IMG/VR virus record: IMGVR_UViG_3300035515_000158
Length of the DNA: 64,000 nt
Source: a virus
Taxonomy: Duplodnaviria > Heunggongvirae > Uroviricota > Caudoviricetes
Direction: 5' to 3' (one strand)
Each line of letters begins with the position of its first letter. Position 1 is the first letter of the stretch. This document shows, piece by piece, positions 1 through 9,953 of the stretch. The notes under the pieces are model-generated. The model made no database searches. It was not told the DNA's origin and saw only the letters and a program-made list of their open reading frames with translations. The translations under genes and the position numbers were made by a program.

Positions 1-293
1 GTAGCACCAACTGATGATTGTGATGACTTAGCCAACTTAGTTATTGCATTGGCCTCTGCATGGAGTACATATGGTTTTGTTACTCCATTTTCATCTTCAC
101 AACAATTTTCAAACCCGGAAGGTGTACCATTATAACCATCACTGATAATCATTTTATCTTTGACAATCAGGGCACCTACCTTACGACGTTTGGCATATGA
201 ATTTTCTGACCAAACATAAGCCATAGTCATGTATTTTTGGTCAAGGAGTTCTTCTTTTTTAGTTTTTTGTCTTATGGTGAATTCTTGTTTCAT
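1..293 (-). CDS. dCMP deaminase (runs off the window edge, 3' end missing)
   Basis: Not in ORF track; manual translation MKQEFTIRQ...KVGALIVKDKMIISDGYNGTPSG...YVLHAEANAI has the GYNG and HAE motifs of dCMP deaminase (ComEB/DCTD family). Confidence 0.92.
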   Translation of the reverse strand, partial: MKQEFTIRQKTKKEELLDQKYMTMAYVWSENSYAKRRKVGALIVKDKMIISDGYNGTPSGFENCCEDENGVTKPYVLHAEANAITKLAKSSQSSVGA

Positions 294-308
294 TTATTTA
301 TTTTTTAA

Positions 309-348
309 TTACAATACAAAGTTACAAGATTTTTTTGAAACTACCAAA
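309..348 (-). promoter_or_regulatory. Bacteroidota sigma70-type promoter (class I), copy 1
   Basis: Minus strand TTTG-N20-TAACTTTG; near-identical 40-bp copies at 6309-6348 and 23995-24034. Confidence 0.8.
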
Positions 349-432
349 TTTTTTTGTTCATTTTTTAAGTATGTTCAAAAATAATGAACATTAAAGGATC
401 ATTGAACATAAATCCAATGATCCTTTTCACTA

Positions 433-717
433 TTATTCTTCGATTTTTAGTAGTCCTCGTTTCACTAAGCTTCTTTCAAAACTCTCCCATAGGTCATCAA
501 ATTTATCAACAGGAATTTCGATACCTTGGTCAAGTAATGTCACATAAAGAACACCTTTTGGAGTTAAGTCATATATTGTTTCCTCATACTCAGGACAATC
601 ATGTTCCGCAGTTTCAAGTTCACTACCATATAGGTTAATGTTATATAACTTACCTGATGTTAGACCACACTTTGCACCATCATAGTGGTTACAAGTGAAA
701 CAAACTGATTTATTCAT
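433..717 (-). CDS. small Cys-rich hypothetical protein
   Basis: Probable start MNKSVCFTCNHY at 717, overlapping the ligase stop; CxxC motif. Confidence 0.6.
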   Translation of the reverse strand: MNKSVCFTCNHYDGAKCGLTSGKLYNINLYGSELETAEHDCPEYEETIYDLTPKGVLYVTLLDQGIEIPVDKFDDLWESFERSLVKRGLLKIEE

Positions 718-2098
718 TGTTTTGTTCTCCTTCATAGTTGGTTTCAGTAATTTCAATGTCAACTTCACCAGCGTCAATTTGTTTAGCTTCCGCAAATTTG
801 AACGCATCACATTTCAGTTTCCAAGCTTCCTTTATGGGATCCTTGTATTTTCTGATTACGAAACCTTCTCGTGGAACTTTATTATTACATAGTTCCTCAT
901 TTTCCTCCATGTGGAATCTCTTTTCGGTTTTTAGAGCTTCCAGAACATTTTCATGCCAATGTTCATCAATAGGAATTTCAGGATAGAGGTCATACAAAGT
1001 TCCATGATACATCAACGGGAAATCAATAAGTTCATCACCAAGAGTTTGTTTCAGTAATCGACCAAAGGCAATTACATCTTCAATTTCAAGTTCAGCATCA
1101 CAGAAGGTCACACGATAAATCATAAGTTTAGACTGACCTTGAACACAACCATAATCATAACCTTTTTGAATAGATGAACCTTTGGGTGTAAAACCTACGA
1201 TTTCACCATAGATACAGTAGTTATCAGGAATAAGGGTTTCAAGTTTCTTAGCCCAGTAACCCCAAATATCATCAGAATAGTAACCAAGACCTTGATTCTT
1301 ATTGATGTACTGGTTTTTAATTACCGTACGAGACGAATAAACCAGATTGTACTTTTGGTCATATTCAGATTCAGCATGGGTAATATAACGACGCCACAAA
1401 CGTTTGAAGATATTTGTTGGTACATTGGTCAAAATTCTACCCGCACAGATACTTGTTCCATGAATCTTAGTTGAAATATCCACAACATCATCAGGATTAA
1501 ATTCTCCAATGTGTTTGTTCAACTGACCTGTATCATAGTGGAAACGGAAACTACCCTCAATCAACATTTTGAATCTTTTGAGTTTGTCATTTCGTTTTTC
1601 GTTTCGTGACCGACCATCATTTCTAACAGCCTTTGTGGGTGGGATATACACTTTCACAAATCTCTCACCATTAATTTCATCAAAGTCCTCACCAATATGT
1701 TTGTTAAGGAACTCTTTGATTTCTTCAACAGGTTCATTCAAGAAAGTGGCAAAGTTCTGAGGTGAAAGAATGATACCATAAGAAGGTACACCACCAAGTC
1801 TGATACAACGGATACGACCATAGTGATTGATGTAACCTCTGTGAAGTTTGTCAGCATTTAGTTCTCGTTCATCATACATTGAATTTAGATGAAGGAAAAG
1901 TTCATGAAGGACAGTTTCATTAGCACAGTAAACGGCCACATCACCAGTCTTAAATTCATCTTTACCAATTACAATAGAAAGACCATTAACCAAAGTTTGA
2001 ACAATACGGTCTTTTCCGGGAATAGGGGAAGTTTCTCCAATCTGTACAATGGTAGCACAGTATTCTTCCTTAAAATTTTTCGACTTTGAAATATTCAT
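710..2098 (-). CDS. RNA ligase (Rnl2/DRB0094-like, N-terminal OB-type domain)
   Basis: Nucleotidyltransferase motif I STKIHGTS, YGEIVG (III), REGFVIR (IV), AWKLK (V); N-terminal IVQIGETSPIPGKDRI. Confidence 0.85.
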   Translation of the reverse strand: MNISKSKNFKEEYCATIVQIGETSPIPGKDRIVQTLVNGLSIVIGKDEFKTGDVAVYCANETVLHELFLHLNSMYDERELNADKLHRGYINHYGRIRCIRLGGVPSYGIILSPQNFATFLNEPVEEIKEFLNKHIGEDFDEINGERFVKVYIPPTKAVRNDGRSRNEKRNDKLKRFKMLIEGSFRFHYDTGQLNKHIGEFNPDDVVDISTKIHGTSICAGRILTNVPTNIFKRLWRRYITHAESEYDQKYNLVYSSRTVIKNQYINKNQGLGYYSDDIWGYWAKKLETLIPDNYCIYGEIVGFTPKGSSIQKGYDYGCVQGQSKLMIYRVTFCDAELEIEDVIAFGRLLKQTLGDELIDFPLMYHGTLYDLYPEIPIDEHWHENVLEALKTEKRFHMEENEELCNNKVPREGFVIRKYKDPIKEAWKLKCDAFKFAEAKQIDAGEVDIEITETNYEGEQNNE

Positions 2099-2151
2099 CT
2101 CTATATATCTTTAATTAATTTCTAACTATTTACTACCTTAAAGATAACAAA

Positions 2152-2409
2152 TTATTTCTTCGATTTCCTCAAAAAATTGTAAATAATATCAAATAGTAAG
2201 CCAACAAAAGCTAATGGAATAAAATAATACAATGGGAGGAAAATCAACCACCATGACCAAGTAATGATTTCGAGTAGATATAAACTTACAAAAATCATTA
2301 CTAAGAGAATAGATATATTACTAAACAACATACCCAGTCCAAAAATTCCACAAAAGAAAGGGAATTTTTTACTTAACTGATATTCTTTCAGATTCTTCAT
2401 CATTTTCAA
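2152..2409 (-). CDS. small membrane protein, paralog of 10519-10758
   Basis: Hydrophobic; shares ITWSWW..LPL motif. Confidence 0.6.
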   Translation of the reverse strand: MKMMKNLKEYQLSKKFPFFCGIFGLGMLFSNISILLVMIFVSLYLLEIITWSWWLIFLPLYYFIPLAFVGLLFDIIYNFLRKSKK

Positions 2410-2527
2410 TATCTACATTTATATAATTAACTGACCTGACTATTTGACAATAAACATCAACCTTATTACCATTTACAGTAATCATAAAATTCTCAGGTCT
2501 TATTGTATTTTTATCAGAATCATTCAT
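2369..2527 (-). CDS. small hypothetical protein (52 aa)
   Basis: Manual translation MNDSDKNTIRPENF...; start overlaps upstream stop; below ORF-track cutoff. Confidence 0.45.
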   Translation of the reverse strand: MNDSDKNTIRPENFMITVNGNKVDVYCQIVRSVNYINVDIENDEESERISVK

Positions 2528-2637
2528 TTTTTCTTTACATAAAATGGACAGTCACCAAAGTTGTCAGTGTCATCATAACATTTCCAAGTATGTTTACAAC
2601 CAGATGCTAACTTACAGGTGAAACAATTATTTTTCAT
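2524..2637 (-). CDS. 37-aa Cys-rich peptide
   Basis: MKNNCFTCKLASGCKHTWKCYDDTDNFGDCPFYVKKK fills an operon gap. Confidence 0.5.
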   Translation of the reverse strand: MKNNCFTCKLASGCKHTWKCYDDTDNFGDCPFYVKKK

Positions 2638-2641
2638 CTTC

Positions 2642-3256
2642 TTATCTAACCGACTTAGTTATATTACTTAGTTCTTTCTTTTGCTTGAGTAGTGCTCTAA
2701 GTTTTGTTTCAGAAAGGTGTATGTCATTATCATTCAAGAACTTTCTGCTTTTTCTGATTGTCATGTCAGGATTTAATATTTTAAGGAGTTCTTCATCTGA
2801 CAACTTATTTTGTTTTGTTGATAGTCCTCTGTCCTTATAATAGTTGTATAGAGTGGATTTACTTACAGGGAATTTATACTCAATCTTTATCATTTCAATA
2901 TTCTCTTTGACTGAAAGATTAGGATTTACCATATTGTCGAGTTTAAGGTATGTTGTTTCCTTTGAATATGCTTGCTTATTTTTATAGATGACGCCTTTCT
3001 TTGGTTCTGCTTCTTTATCTAAACCTTCTATTTTATCCACACCCATATCAACCATTAAATTATAGGTTGAACGGGAATCATTAGCGATGGTTTTACATAA
3101 TTTTCTGAACTCTCTCATCATCCTGTACCGTAAGTCACGAGGGAATGAAGAGTCATATGGTGCAAGTAACATCCATCTGACATCATCCACAACATCATAA
3201 AGACTATTTACGACTTCCAAATATTGTTGTCTACGAATATCTTCTTTTGTTTCCAT
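2642..3256 (-). CDS. hypothetical protein, possible tandem HTH DNA-binding domains
   Basis: C-terminal repeats NPNLSVKENIE...SKSTLY and NPDMTIRKSRK...SETKLR. Confidence 0.55.
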   Translation of the reverse strand: METKEDIRRQQYLEVVNSLYDVVDDVRWMLLAPYDSSFPRDLRYRMMREFRKLCKTIANDSRSTYNLMVDMGVDKIEGLDKEAEPKKGVIYKNKQAYSKETTYLKLDNMVNPNLSVKENIEMIKIEYKFPVSKSTLYNYYKDRGLSTKQNKLSDEELLKILNPDMTIRKSRKFLNDNDIHLSETKLRALLKQKKELSNITKSVR

Positions 3257-3282
3257 ATTGAGGTATTTTTGATTTTTCTCAA

Positions 3283-3588
3283 TTATTTTTCATCTTTTTC
3301 AAAAAAATCCACTATTTTCTTGAATGTGTGGTAGTTGTCCTCATCAATAATAATTTCATCAAAATCACCATATCGACATTTCCAACCAAAGATATATTTC
3401 AAACCAATTTTTAGTCTTTCAAAAAAACCCCCAGTTTGAAGATGTGGTTCGATATATACATTTTTACCCCAGTTCTCATCACCTTCATCATATCTTACAA
3501 TATATAAGTGATCTGCTGAGTTACATGAACATAGGATCAAATCCGGTTTAATTTCATCTTTCATTTTCATCTCCTTTTTGTTTTTCAC
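3283..3588 (-). CDS. hypothetical protein
   Basis: ORF in co-oriented operon. Confidence 0.6.
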   Translation of the reverse strand: MKNKKEMKMKDEIKPDLILCSCNSADHLYIVRYDEGDENWGKNVYIEPHLQTGGFFERLKIGLKYIFGWKCRYGDFDEIIIDEDNYHTFKKIVDFFEKDEK

Positions 3589-4183
3589 TAAATATGTTCA
3601 TAAGTTCACGATAAGAAATAGGTTTATATCCATTTTGGTCAACACCTACATCATATTGTGTACTTCTAATTTTTTGGTTTAGTTCACAATCAAGACCATG
3701 ACAAAGACCATCAGATAATGTGTGAATATGACCGAACACTTGATAATTGGAGGGGTAGGATAACATAGGATAATGACACGCCATAATTGAGTTATCTTCA
3801 ACATCAATCTCCATTATATCCATTACAGACATTAGTTTTGGTGTCTGTATTATATCACCTAACTTAGCAAAATAACCCACAGGATTTGATGTTAGTTCAA
3901 TTCTATCATGGTTTCCACGTAGTAGATATATTTTACCATTAAGTTTAGACATATACTTCATGTATTCAGTTGTTCCATAATGACTCGGTAACATGAAATC
4001 ACCACAGTGAATAACAACACCATCAGAAGGAACCACACTATTCCAGTTCTCAATCAAACTTTTATCCATGTTTGACCGAGAAGTAAAAGGTCTATTACAA
4101 TACTTACTAATATTGAAATGACCAAAATGTGTATCTGACGTAAAAAATAGTTTGTCAGGTTCTGTGATTTCTAACTTAAACAT
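3554..4183 (-). CDS. calcineurin-like metallophosphoesterase
   Basis: SDTHFGH, GDF, GNHD, GHIH motifs. Confidence 0.9.
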   Translation of the reverse strand: MFKLEITEPDKLFFTSDTHFGHFNISKYCNRPFTSRSNMDKSLIENWNSVVPSDGVVIHCGDFMLPSHYGTTEYMKYMSKLNGKIYLLRGNHDRIELTSNPVGYFAKLGDIIQTPKLMSVMDIMEIDVEDNSIMACHYPMLSYPSNYQVFGHIHTLSDGLCHGLDCELNQKIRSTQYDVGVDQNGYKPISYRELMNIFSEKQKGDENER

Positions 4184-4186
4184 ATT

Positions 4187-4654
4187 TTACATATATAAAA
4201 CAGTGTGAACATTTTCGTTCTCAAATTTATGTTTTAGACTTTCTTTATATAGTCCATATTGAATTTGAATGACATCATAAGGAACATCAGAACGATTAAC
4301 ATTATTCTTTATGTCATTACGAATTCTTTCGTATGAAACTTTTACATCAGCAGGTAAAACAACATATGTAATTTCAACATCTTTATTTCCTTTGAATTTA
4401 TCTACAAATGACTTTCTATATTTTGTGTTTACATTTGTAGCATCATAAAAGAAATCAACATTGTTTTTTACACAATCTTCTACACGTTGATTTACAATTT
4501 CAAATACTTCTTTGTTTTTACTTTGATTAGATATGTCATTTGTTAATTCATACCTAATTAGGTCAGGTGAGATTATAGTCATGTTACTATACTCATCTTT
4601 GTACAGTTTTGATTTACCTGAACCTGAAATTCCTATGGGGACAATTATTTTCAT
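4187..4654 (-). CDS. polynucleotide kinase-like P-loop protein (AAA_33)
   Basis: Start probably MKIIVPIGISGSGKS (Walker A); SPDLIR, YDATN, RNR-like lid typical of Pnk kinase domains. Confidence 0.85.
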   Translation of the reverse strand: MKIIVPIGISGSGKSKLYKDEYSNMTIISPDLIRYELTNDISNQSKNKEVFEIVNQRVEDCVKNNVDFFYDATNVNTKYRKSFVDKFKGNKDVEITYVVLPADVKVSYERIRNDIKNNVNRSDVPYDVIQIQYGLYKESLKHKFENENVHTVLYM

Positions 4655-4753
4655 TTTAATTTCACATATATAATTATAGAGATAATCCTCTTTTATAAAT
4701 GTAACAAAAAAATTCCATAAATATACTATAATCAATAAAAACTTAGATTAAAG

Positions 4754-6016
4754 ATGATTAAAAAATTCTCAGAGTTTATTAATGAAGCTCAATCACCAAT
4801 CGTTTCCACTGAATCCGGTCTATATGGAGACATTTTGTTTGAATCAATTTCAAAAGATGTAGTTGATTCATTGACAGAAAGTATCAATGAAGGTCGTATT
4901 ACTCTGGAAGATAATTTACTTAATGAAGGTTTTTTGACTAACTTATTCAAAATTGGTGCAGGTAAGGCTAAGGAAGCAGAAGATGTGGCCAAAGAAAATA
5001 AAGAACAATTCAAGAATCTATCAAGTGTAGCTCAATCTGCTGGTGACTTGATTAAACTTGGTCTTTCAATTAAGAAGGAAGAAGTTGAAGAAGATGTTTG
5101 GAAACTCATCAGTGACCTTTGTGATTCCGCCGCTAAGATGTGTGAAAAAATCAATGAAAAAGAAGATGAATTGAACCAAGCTATTACTAAGAAATTCAAT
5201 GATTCTAAACAAGCTATTGCAGAGTTCGCTGGAAAGGCAAAAGATACCTTTGTAAAAATCGCTGAAAAATCTAAAAACGCGGTTAAAGATACTCTCAATG
5301 CTATGGCCATTCTTCTTAGTAAAATCGCCTCTATTTCAGTAGAAGCCTTAAAGAAAGCTGGTAAGTTCTCTATTATCACAATTTCACTTCCTATCGTTTT
5401 GACAATGGCTGTTTACCGTTCAGCTAAGAAAGTTGTTACCAAACTATGTGAAAAAGTTAAAGACATTTGGGAAGATGTTCAAACCACTCTTGAATTGACC
5501 GCTAAGTATCTACAAGAATGGATTAAGACACAAATCAATGCAATCAAAGACAAACTTAAAGAATGGAATGACAAAGCCAAGGAAGAAGGTGAAAAAGCTG
5601 TTAAGGCTGTTGCAAAGGCTTATCTCTATGTTGTTAATGTTTGTGGTCTCGCCATTGATAAAGTAAAAGGAGATGTAAAGGATGCCTATGTTGCATTTGT
5701 TGACAGTGCCAAGGAATATGGTACACAAGTAAAGGATTACATTTCAGACAGAGCTAACAAAATCACAACATGGACAAAAGAAAAGTCTGGTGAATTTGCA
5801 GATGCTGTTAAAGATGTATGGAATACTTTCAAGGATAAAGTAACCGCCGCAGTTCAGGCAACAGAAGATATAGCTGTTAGAATGAAAGACTACGCTGGTG
5901 AAAAAGTTGATGATGTAGAAAAATGGGGAGACTCAAAGAAAAAGAGTTTCGCTAAAACCATCGTCGCTTGGGCTGTTAAGAACTGGGGTGAAGATGAAAT
6001 TAAGAGTTGGGTGTAA
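4754..6016 (+). CDS. late alpha-helical Lys/Ala-rich protein, candidate internal head protein
   Basis: CATAAATA at 4716; N-terminus MIKKFSEFINE; apolipoprotein-like helical composition. Confidence 0.7.
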   Translation: MIKKFSEFINEAQSPIVSTESGLYGDILFESISKDVVDSLTESINEGRITLEDNLLNEGFLTNLFKIGAGKAKEAEDVAKENKEQFKNLSSVAQSAGDLIKLGLSIKKEEVEEDVWKLISDLCDSAAKMCEKINEKEDELNQAITKKFNDSKQAIAEFAGKAKDTFVKIAEKSKNAVKDTLNAMAILLSKIASISVEALKKAGKFSIITISLPIVLTMAVYRSAKKVVTKLCEKVKDIWEDVQTTLELTAKYLQEWIKTQINAIKDKLKEWNDKAKEEGEKAVKAVAKAYLYVVNVCGLAIDKVKGDVKDAYVAFVDSAKEYGTQVKDYISDRANKITTWTKEKSGEFADAVKDVWNTFKDKVTAAVQATEDIAVRMKDYAGEKVDDVEKWGDSKKKSFAKTIVAWAVKNWGEDEIKSWV

Positions 6017-6041
6017 AAACCAACCATTTATTCATATCTTC

Positions 6042-6069
6042 AAAGGGAGGGTCATAAACCCTCCCTTTC
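6042..6069. terminator. bidirectional intrinsic terminator
   Basis: AAAGGGAGG-loop-CCTCCCTTT between convergent genes. Confidence 0.75.
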
Positions 6070-6070
6070 T

Positions 6071-6280
6071 TTATTTGTTTTTACTTTCTTGAATTTTTTT
6101 CAGGTTCTCTTTGTATGAATCTTTCCACATCTTCCAACCAACAACCGGAAGTGAGAAGAAAAGACCGATTTTTTTGAAAAGAACACATACATCTACATAT
6201 GTATTATAGATGATGTTTGTAACTGTTGAACCGAAGATTTGATTCAGATAGTTGAAAATTTGAATTTCTTTCTGTGTCAT
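6071..6280 (-). CDS. small hypothetical protein
   Basis: ORF directly downstream of a class I promoter. Confidence 0.65.
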   Translation of the reverse strand: MTQKEIQIFNYLNQIFGSTVTNIIYNTYVDVCVLFKKIGLFFSLPVVGWKMWKDSYKENLKKIQESKNK

Positions 6281-6308
6281 AATTTTTTGTATTTAGTTTG
6301 TTTTTTAT

Positions 6309-6348
6309 TTACACTACAAAGATACAGGATTTTTTTGAAACTACCAAA
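6309..6348 (-). promoter_or_regulatory. Bacteroidota sigma70-type promoter, copy 2
   Basis: TTTG-N20-TATCTTTG. Confidence 0.8.
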
Positions 6349-6384
6349 TTTTTCCATAAATATTTCTATAATAAAGTATTAAAA

Positions 6385-7173
6385 ATGGCAAAAAAGATTT
6401 GGACATGGATAATTAACCATAGAGATGTCGTTTATATCGGACTTATTGTCATCGGTTTTTTGTTTTTCCTCAATCAATGTAATAGTAGTAGTAACTTGAA
6501 CAGTGAGGTAAATCGACTACAAAACAACATCTCTGCACTTACTGACACATTAACACAGTATAAGGATGAGAATGGTAAAATTATCGCTGAGAAACATGCC
6601 TATCAATTAACCCAACAGGAATTGAGGGATAGTGTTGACCTTTTGAAAACTAAAAATAGAGAATACTTGACTTATATAAATGCAACAGTAGGTATTAGAG
6701 ACACACTTGAAATACCAACATACATTGAAAGAATTGTAGATAACACAACAACATATACAGACGCTGGAACAATCAAATTAAACCAGTCTGATACTTTTGG
6801 TAAATCAAGTAGAAATCTTTCATTAGAGATACCATACACATTCGACACACAACTTAATACAGGTAATGCGAATGTTAATTTATCTCAGAATATATTTGTT
6901 GAGAGTATGATAGAAAGAGATACTAAAACAGGTGAAACATATGTAAGATTGACTTCTGACTATCCCAACATGACATTTAATTCAGGTATGGGAGTTGTGG
7001 TTACTAATGCCAATGCTTATGATAAATCACTTAGAAAGACAAAAGGTATTGGTATTGGTATTGGTCCGAGTGTTGGTGTGTCATATGATATTATAAATCA
7101 AAAAATAGTTCCTACGGTGGGTGTTAGTGTTACACTTGGTTTCACATACACACCAAAATGGACACAATGGTAA
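6385..7173 (+). CDS. late envelope protein, putative spanin-like lysis component
   Basis: Start MAKKIW at 6385 after CATAAATA (6355); N-terminal TM followed by Cys, coiled coil, Gly/Val-rich C-terminal beta segment. Confidence 0.45.
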   Translation: MAKKIWTWIINHRDVVYIGLIVIGFLFFLNQCNSSSNLNSEVNRLQNNISALTDTLTQYKDENGKIIAEKHAYQLTQQELRDSVDLLKTKNREYLTYINATVGIRDTLEIPTYIERIVDNTTTYTDAGTIKLNQSDTFGKSSRNLSLEIPYTFDTQLNTGNANVNLSQNIFVESMIERDTKTGETYVRLTSDYPNMTFNSGMGVVVTNANAYDKSLRKTKGIGIGIGPSVGVSYDIINQKIVPTVGVSVTLGFTYTPKWTQW

Positions 7174-7178
7174 AAGAT

Positions 7179-7209
7179 AAAGGTTGAGGAAAAATCCCCA
7201 ACCTTTTTT
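7179..7209. terminator. intrinsic terminator
   Basis: AAAGGTTG-loop-CAACCTTT plus T tract; same stem family at 14887, 29964 and 63950. Confidence 0.75.
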
Positions 7210-7372
7210 AATTTATTTTCTTATTGTCAAACAGTCCAAAAACAATAGGCAACAACCAGAACACACCAAAGAAAAACACTCCCACAAGGTGCCAATATGA
7301 AATCTGATGTCTTTGAATTAACTTCACACCAACAATAAGTAAAACAATACTCGATAAAATTTCTAAAATCAT
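7208..7372 (-). CDS. 54-aa membrane protein
   Basis: Manual translation MILEILSSIVLLIVGVKL...; start overlaps the clpP stop. Confidence 0.55.
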   Translation of the reverse strand: MILEILSSIVLLIVGVKLIQRHQISYWHLVGVFFFGVFWLLPIVFGLFDNKKIN

Positions 7373-8031
7373 TTCTTCGTTTTAATCACTTCATCAATCA
7401 AACCATATTCTTTGGCCTCTTTTGCAATCATCCAGTTATCACGTTCACAATCTTGGAGGACTTTTTCAAGAGGTTGTCCGGAATTATCAGCTAAGATACC
7501 ACACAATTCCTCTTTCAAAATCATAATTTGTTTATACTCGATTTCAATATCAGTAGCCTGACCACTTGCACCTCCAAGGGGTTGATGTATCATTACTCGT
7601 GAGTGTGGTAGAGCAAATCGTTTTCCCTTTTCTCCACATGAAAGAATAACAGCTCCCATAGACGCGGCCATACCCACACAAGTAGTTGTAATTTCAGATG
7701 AGATATAATTCATAGTGTCAATGATGGCCAATCCATCATAACAAACACCTCCGGGTGAATTTACAAGGATAGTAATATCATCATTAGATACACTATCAAG
7801 ATAAAGTAACTGGGCATTTATAATATTAGCAACATCTGAATCAATACCTGTACCAAGGAAAATCTGTCGTTCCATCATCAATCGACTAAATACATCCATT
7901 GAAGTCACATCTAAATCTCGTTCTTCCAACACATAAGGATTTAGATAACCACGAGCATACCTTTGATAACCATTAAGTTTTGAACTTGAAATGTTCATTT
8001 TGCACTGAGCAAACTTTTCAAAATCTGTCAT
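7369..8031 (-). CDS. clpP: ATP-dependent Clp protease proteolytic subunit
   Basis: DVFSRLMMERQIFL, NSPGG, AASMG (catalytic Ser), MIHQP (His), ERDNWM (Asp). Confidence 0.97.
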   Translation of the reverse strand: MTDFEKFAQCKMNISSSKLNGYQRYARGYLNPYVLEERDLDVTSMDVFSRLMMERQIFLGTGIDSDVANIINAQLLYLDSVSNDDITILVNSPGGVCYDGLAIIDTMNYISSEITTTCVGMAASMGAVILSCGEKGKRFALPHSRVMIHQPLGGASGQATDIEIEYKQIMILKEELCGILADNSGQPLEKVLQDCERDNWMIAKEAKEYGLIDEVIKTKK

Positions 8032-8107
8032 AGTGTTATATATATTAAAAAATTACATTATAAAGATAACAAAAAGGAGAACGATACTTTTTCGTTCTCC
8101 AATTATT

Positions 8108-8827
8108 TTAGATATTTAACGTCAGGTAATTACTTTCTCCACCTGTGTCAATCAACCACAGTTTCTTTCCATTTGGTAATCTCAATGACTTAATTTCACC
8201 ATCACTTGTTCTTGTATGGGCGACAATTTGATTGTAACCATCTATTGCATTGTTATATAATGAACTTGGTCTAATCCATGTACATCCCTGTAGAGGATGT
8301 TCACCACAATGTGAAAAGTCAAAGTCATCAAAACTAACAACATTAGTTAATTCGGTTTCAGTCCAACCAGTGTAGTTATTTAGGATACGTTCATCAAAAC
8401 GTGGTTCACCATCATTAACATACATTCTGTGTATTTTTTCCATCCATTGGGTACTAACACCAGCATGACTGAATAGATAATTATCAATCTTATAACATAG
8501 GTAAGAATCTTTAAGGTTAGGAAGTATCGCTTCTCTAATTTTTTCACCATCTCTTAGTGAAGTTCGATTTGTTTCATCGGTTCTAATAATATAGTATGCT
8601 AAGTCATGGTTTCCTAAAAGAGAAACAATTCTATTATCTTCCTTTGATATTTGAATAAACTTATTGTATCTATCAAGGAGGTCTTCAATTTTTATATTAT
8701 CATAAGGATCAAAGTGGTCTCCAAATACAATAATTTTTTCACAATCATTATTATTTTTTAGAATGTCTTCATAACATTCAAGGAACTTATTTGTTCCATG
8801 TACATCACCAATACAACAAACTTTCAT
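8108..8827 (-). CDS. calcineurin-like metallophosphoesterase
   Basis: GDVHG, GDHFD, GNHD, FSHAG motifs. Confidence 0.88.
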   Translation of the reverse strand: MKVCCIGDVHGTNKFLECYEDILKNNNDCEKIIVFGDHFDPYDNIKIEDLLDRYNKFIQISKEDNRIVSLLGNHDLAYYIIRTDETNRTSLRDGEKIREAILPNLKDSYLCYKIDNYLFSHAGVSTQWMEKIHRMYVNDGEPRFDERILNNYTGWTETELTNVVSFDDFDFSHCGEHPLQGCTWIRPSSLYNNAIDGYNQIVAHTRTSDGEIKSLRLPNGKKLWLIDTGGESNYLTLNI

Positions 8828-9651
8828 TAATGACGGTGTTTTAATTCAGATACAAGACACAATTTTACAATACCATTTTTGACAACAGTTTTATTAGGAC
8901 ATACAAATACATAACGGTTATATGTCAGTGTTTGAAGTGTGTCAAGTAAGTCATCATATTTAATTTCAACATCATGGAAACTGTCAATGATAATTTCATG
9001 TCCATTTCTCCACAAGAGGTTTTTATCATAAGCTAAGATACGACCATTATATCCAACAACCACACGAGGAGTATTAACACAAATTACATCAGGATATTCA
9101 TAGAAGTCTTTAAGAACAGATTCAACATACTTATCAGGAAGGGGTAAATCTCTCCTAATAGATGTTGAAGATGATTCTACATTATCTTCTTTAACTTCTT
9201 CATGAGTTTCTTCTACAACAGGTTCAACGACTTCTTCTGTTTTTTCTGAAACTTCTTCTGTAATAGGTTCTTCGGTTTCAACTGTTTCTTCAACTACTTC
9301 AGGAGTTTCTTCTACAACAGGTTCAGTTTCTTCTACAACTTCTTCAACAGGATTAGCTTCCTCAGTTGTCGTATTTTGGTTGAACTTTACAATGAATGAA
9401 GAATTATCATCACTTACACAAATTTCAGTAAGTTCATAAACCAATTTTTCATCCACTCCATTTGTTGTAAATTGAACACCATCATAAGACTTCCACACAG
9501 ATTTGTCAGTCAAGTCTTCAACAGTGAAATTTTTATTAGTAGTGAACTTACCCATATAAAAAGAAGATACCTCAAATGATACTTCAGAAGCACCATTCAA
9601 AACACTGGTAAATACATCTTTTTTAATAGTTAACTTTAATACGTTTTCCAT
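8827..9651 (-). CDS. hypothetical protein with ASCH-like N-terminus and acidic EPVVEET linker
   Basis: LKLTIKK..F..VLNG..E start resembles ASCH; Glu/Val/Pro-rich repeats. Confidence 0.55.
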   Translation of the reverse strand: MENVLKLTIKKDVFTSVLNGASEVSFEVSSFYMGKFTTNKNFTVEDLTDKSVWKSYDGVQFTTNGVDEKLVYELTEICVSDDNSSFIVKFNQNTTTEEANPVEEVVEETEPVVEETPEVVEETVETEEPITEEVSEKTEEVVEPVVEETHEEVKEDNVESSSTSIRRDLPLPDKYVESVLKDFYEYPDVICVNTPRVVVGYNGRILAYDKNLLWRNGHEIIIDSFHDVEIKYDDLLDTLQTLTYNRYVFVCPNKTVVKNGIVKLCLVSELKHRH

Positions 9652-9653
9652 TA

Positions 9654-9941
9654 TTAATCTTCGTTAGTTTTTTTCTTTGTATTTTTCTTTTTTGTAGATT
9701 TCTTCTCAGTTTCTTCTACAACAGGTTCTTCTGAAACAATCTCTTCCTCTAAATCGGTTGTTTCACCATTTAATTTTGAAAGAAGTTCATTCTTAGCAGA
9801 GATGACCTTTTTCAATTCTTGTATTTCGCACGAAAGTGATTCAATTTGAGAAAGGTATCCATTTTCTTTTTCTTTTTGAGTTAGATACATTTTTCTTAGA
9901 TTTTCATATCTTTCGAGCACAATATCAATGTTACTGCTCAT
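9654..9941 (-). CDS. coiled-coil hypothetical protein
   Basis: Heptad pattern, acidic then basic tail. Confidence 0.65.
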   Translation of the reverse strand: MSSNIDIVLERYENLRKMYLTQKEKENGYLSQIESLSCEIQELKKVISAKNELLSKLNGETTDLEEEIVSEEPVVEETEKKSTKKKNTKKKTNED

Positions 9942-9953
9942 ATATGATTAAGT

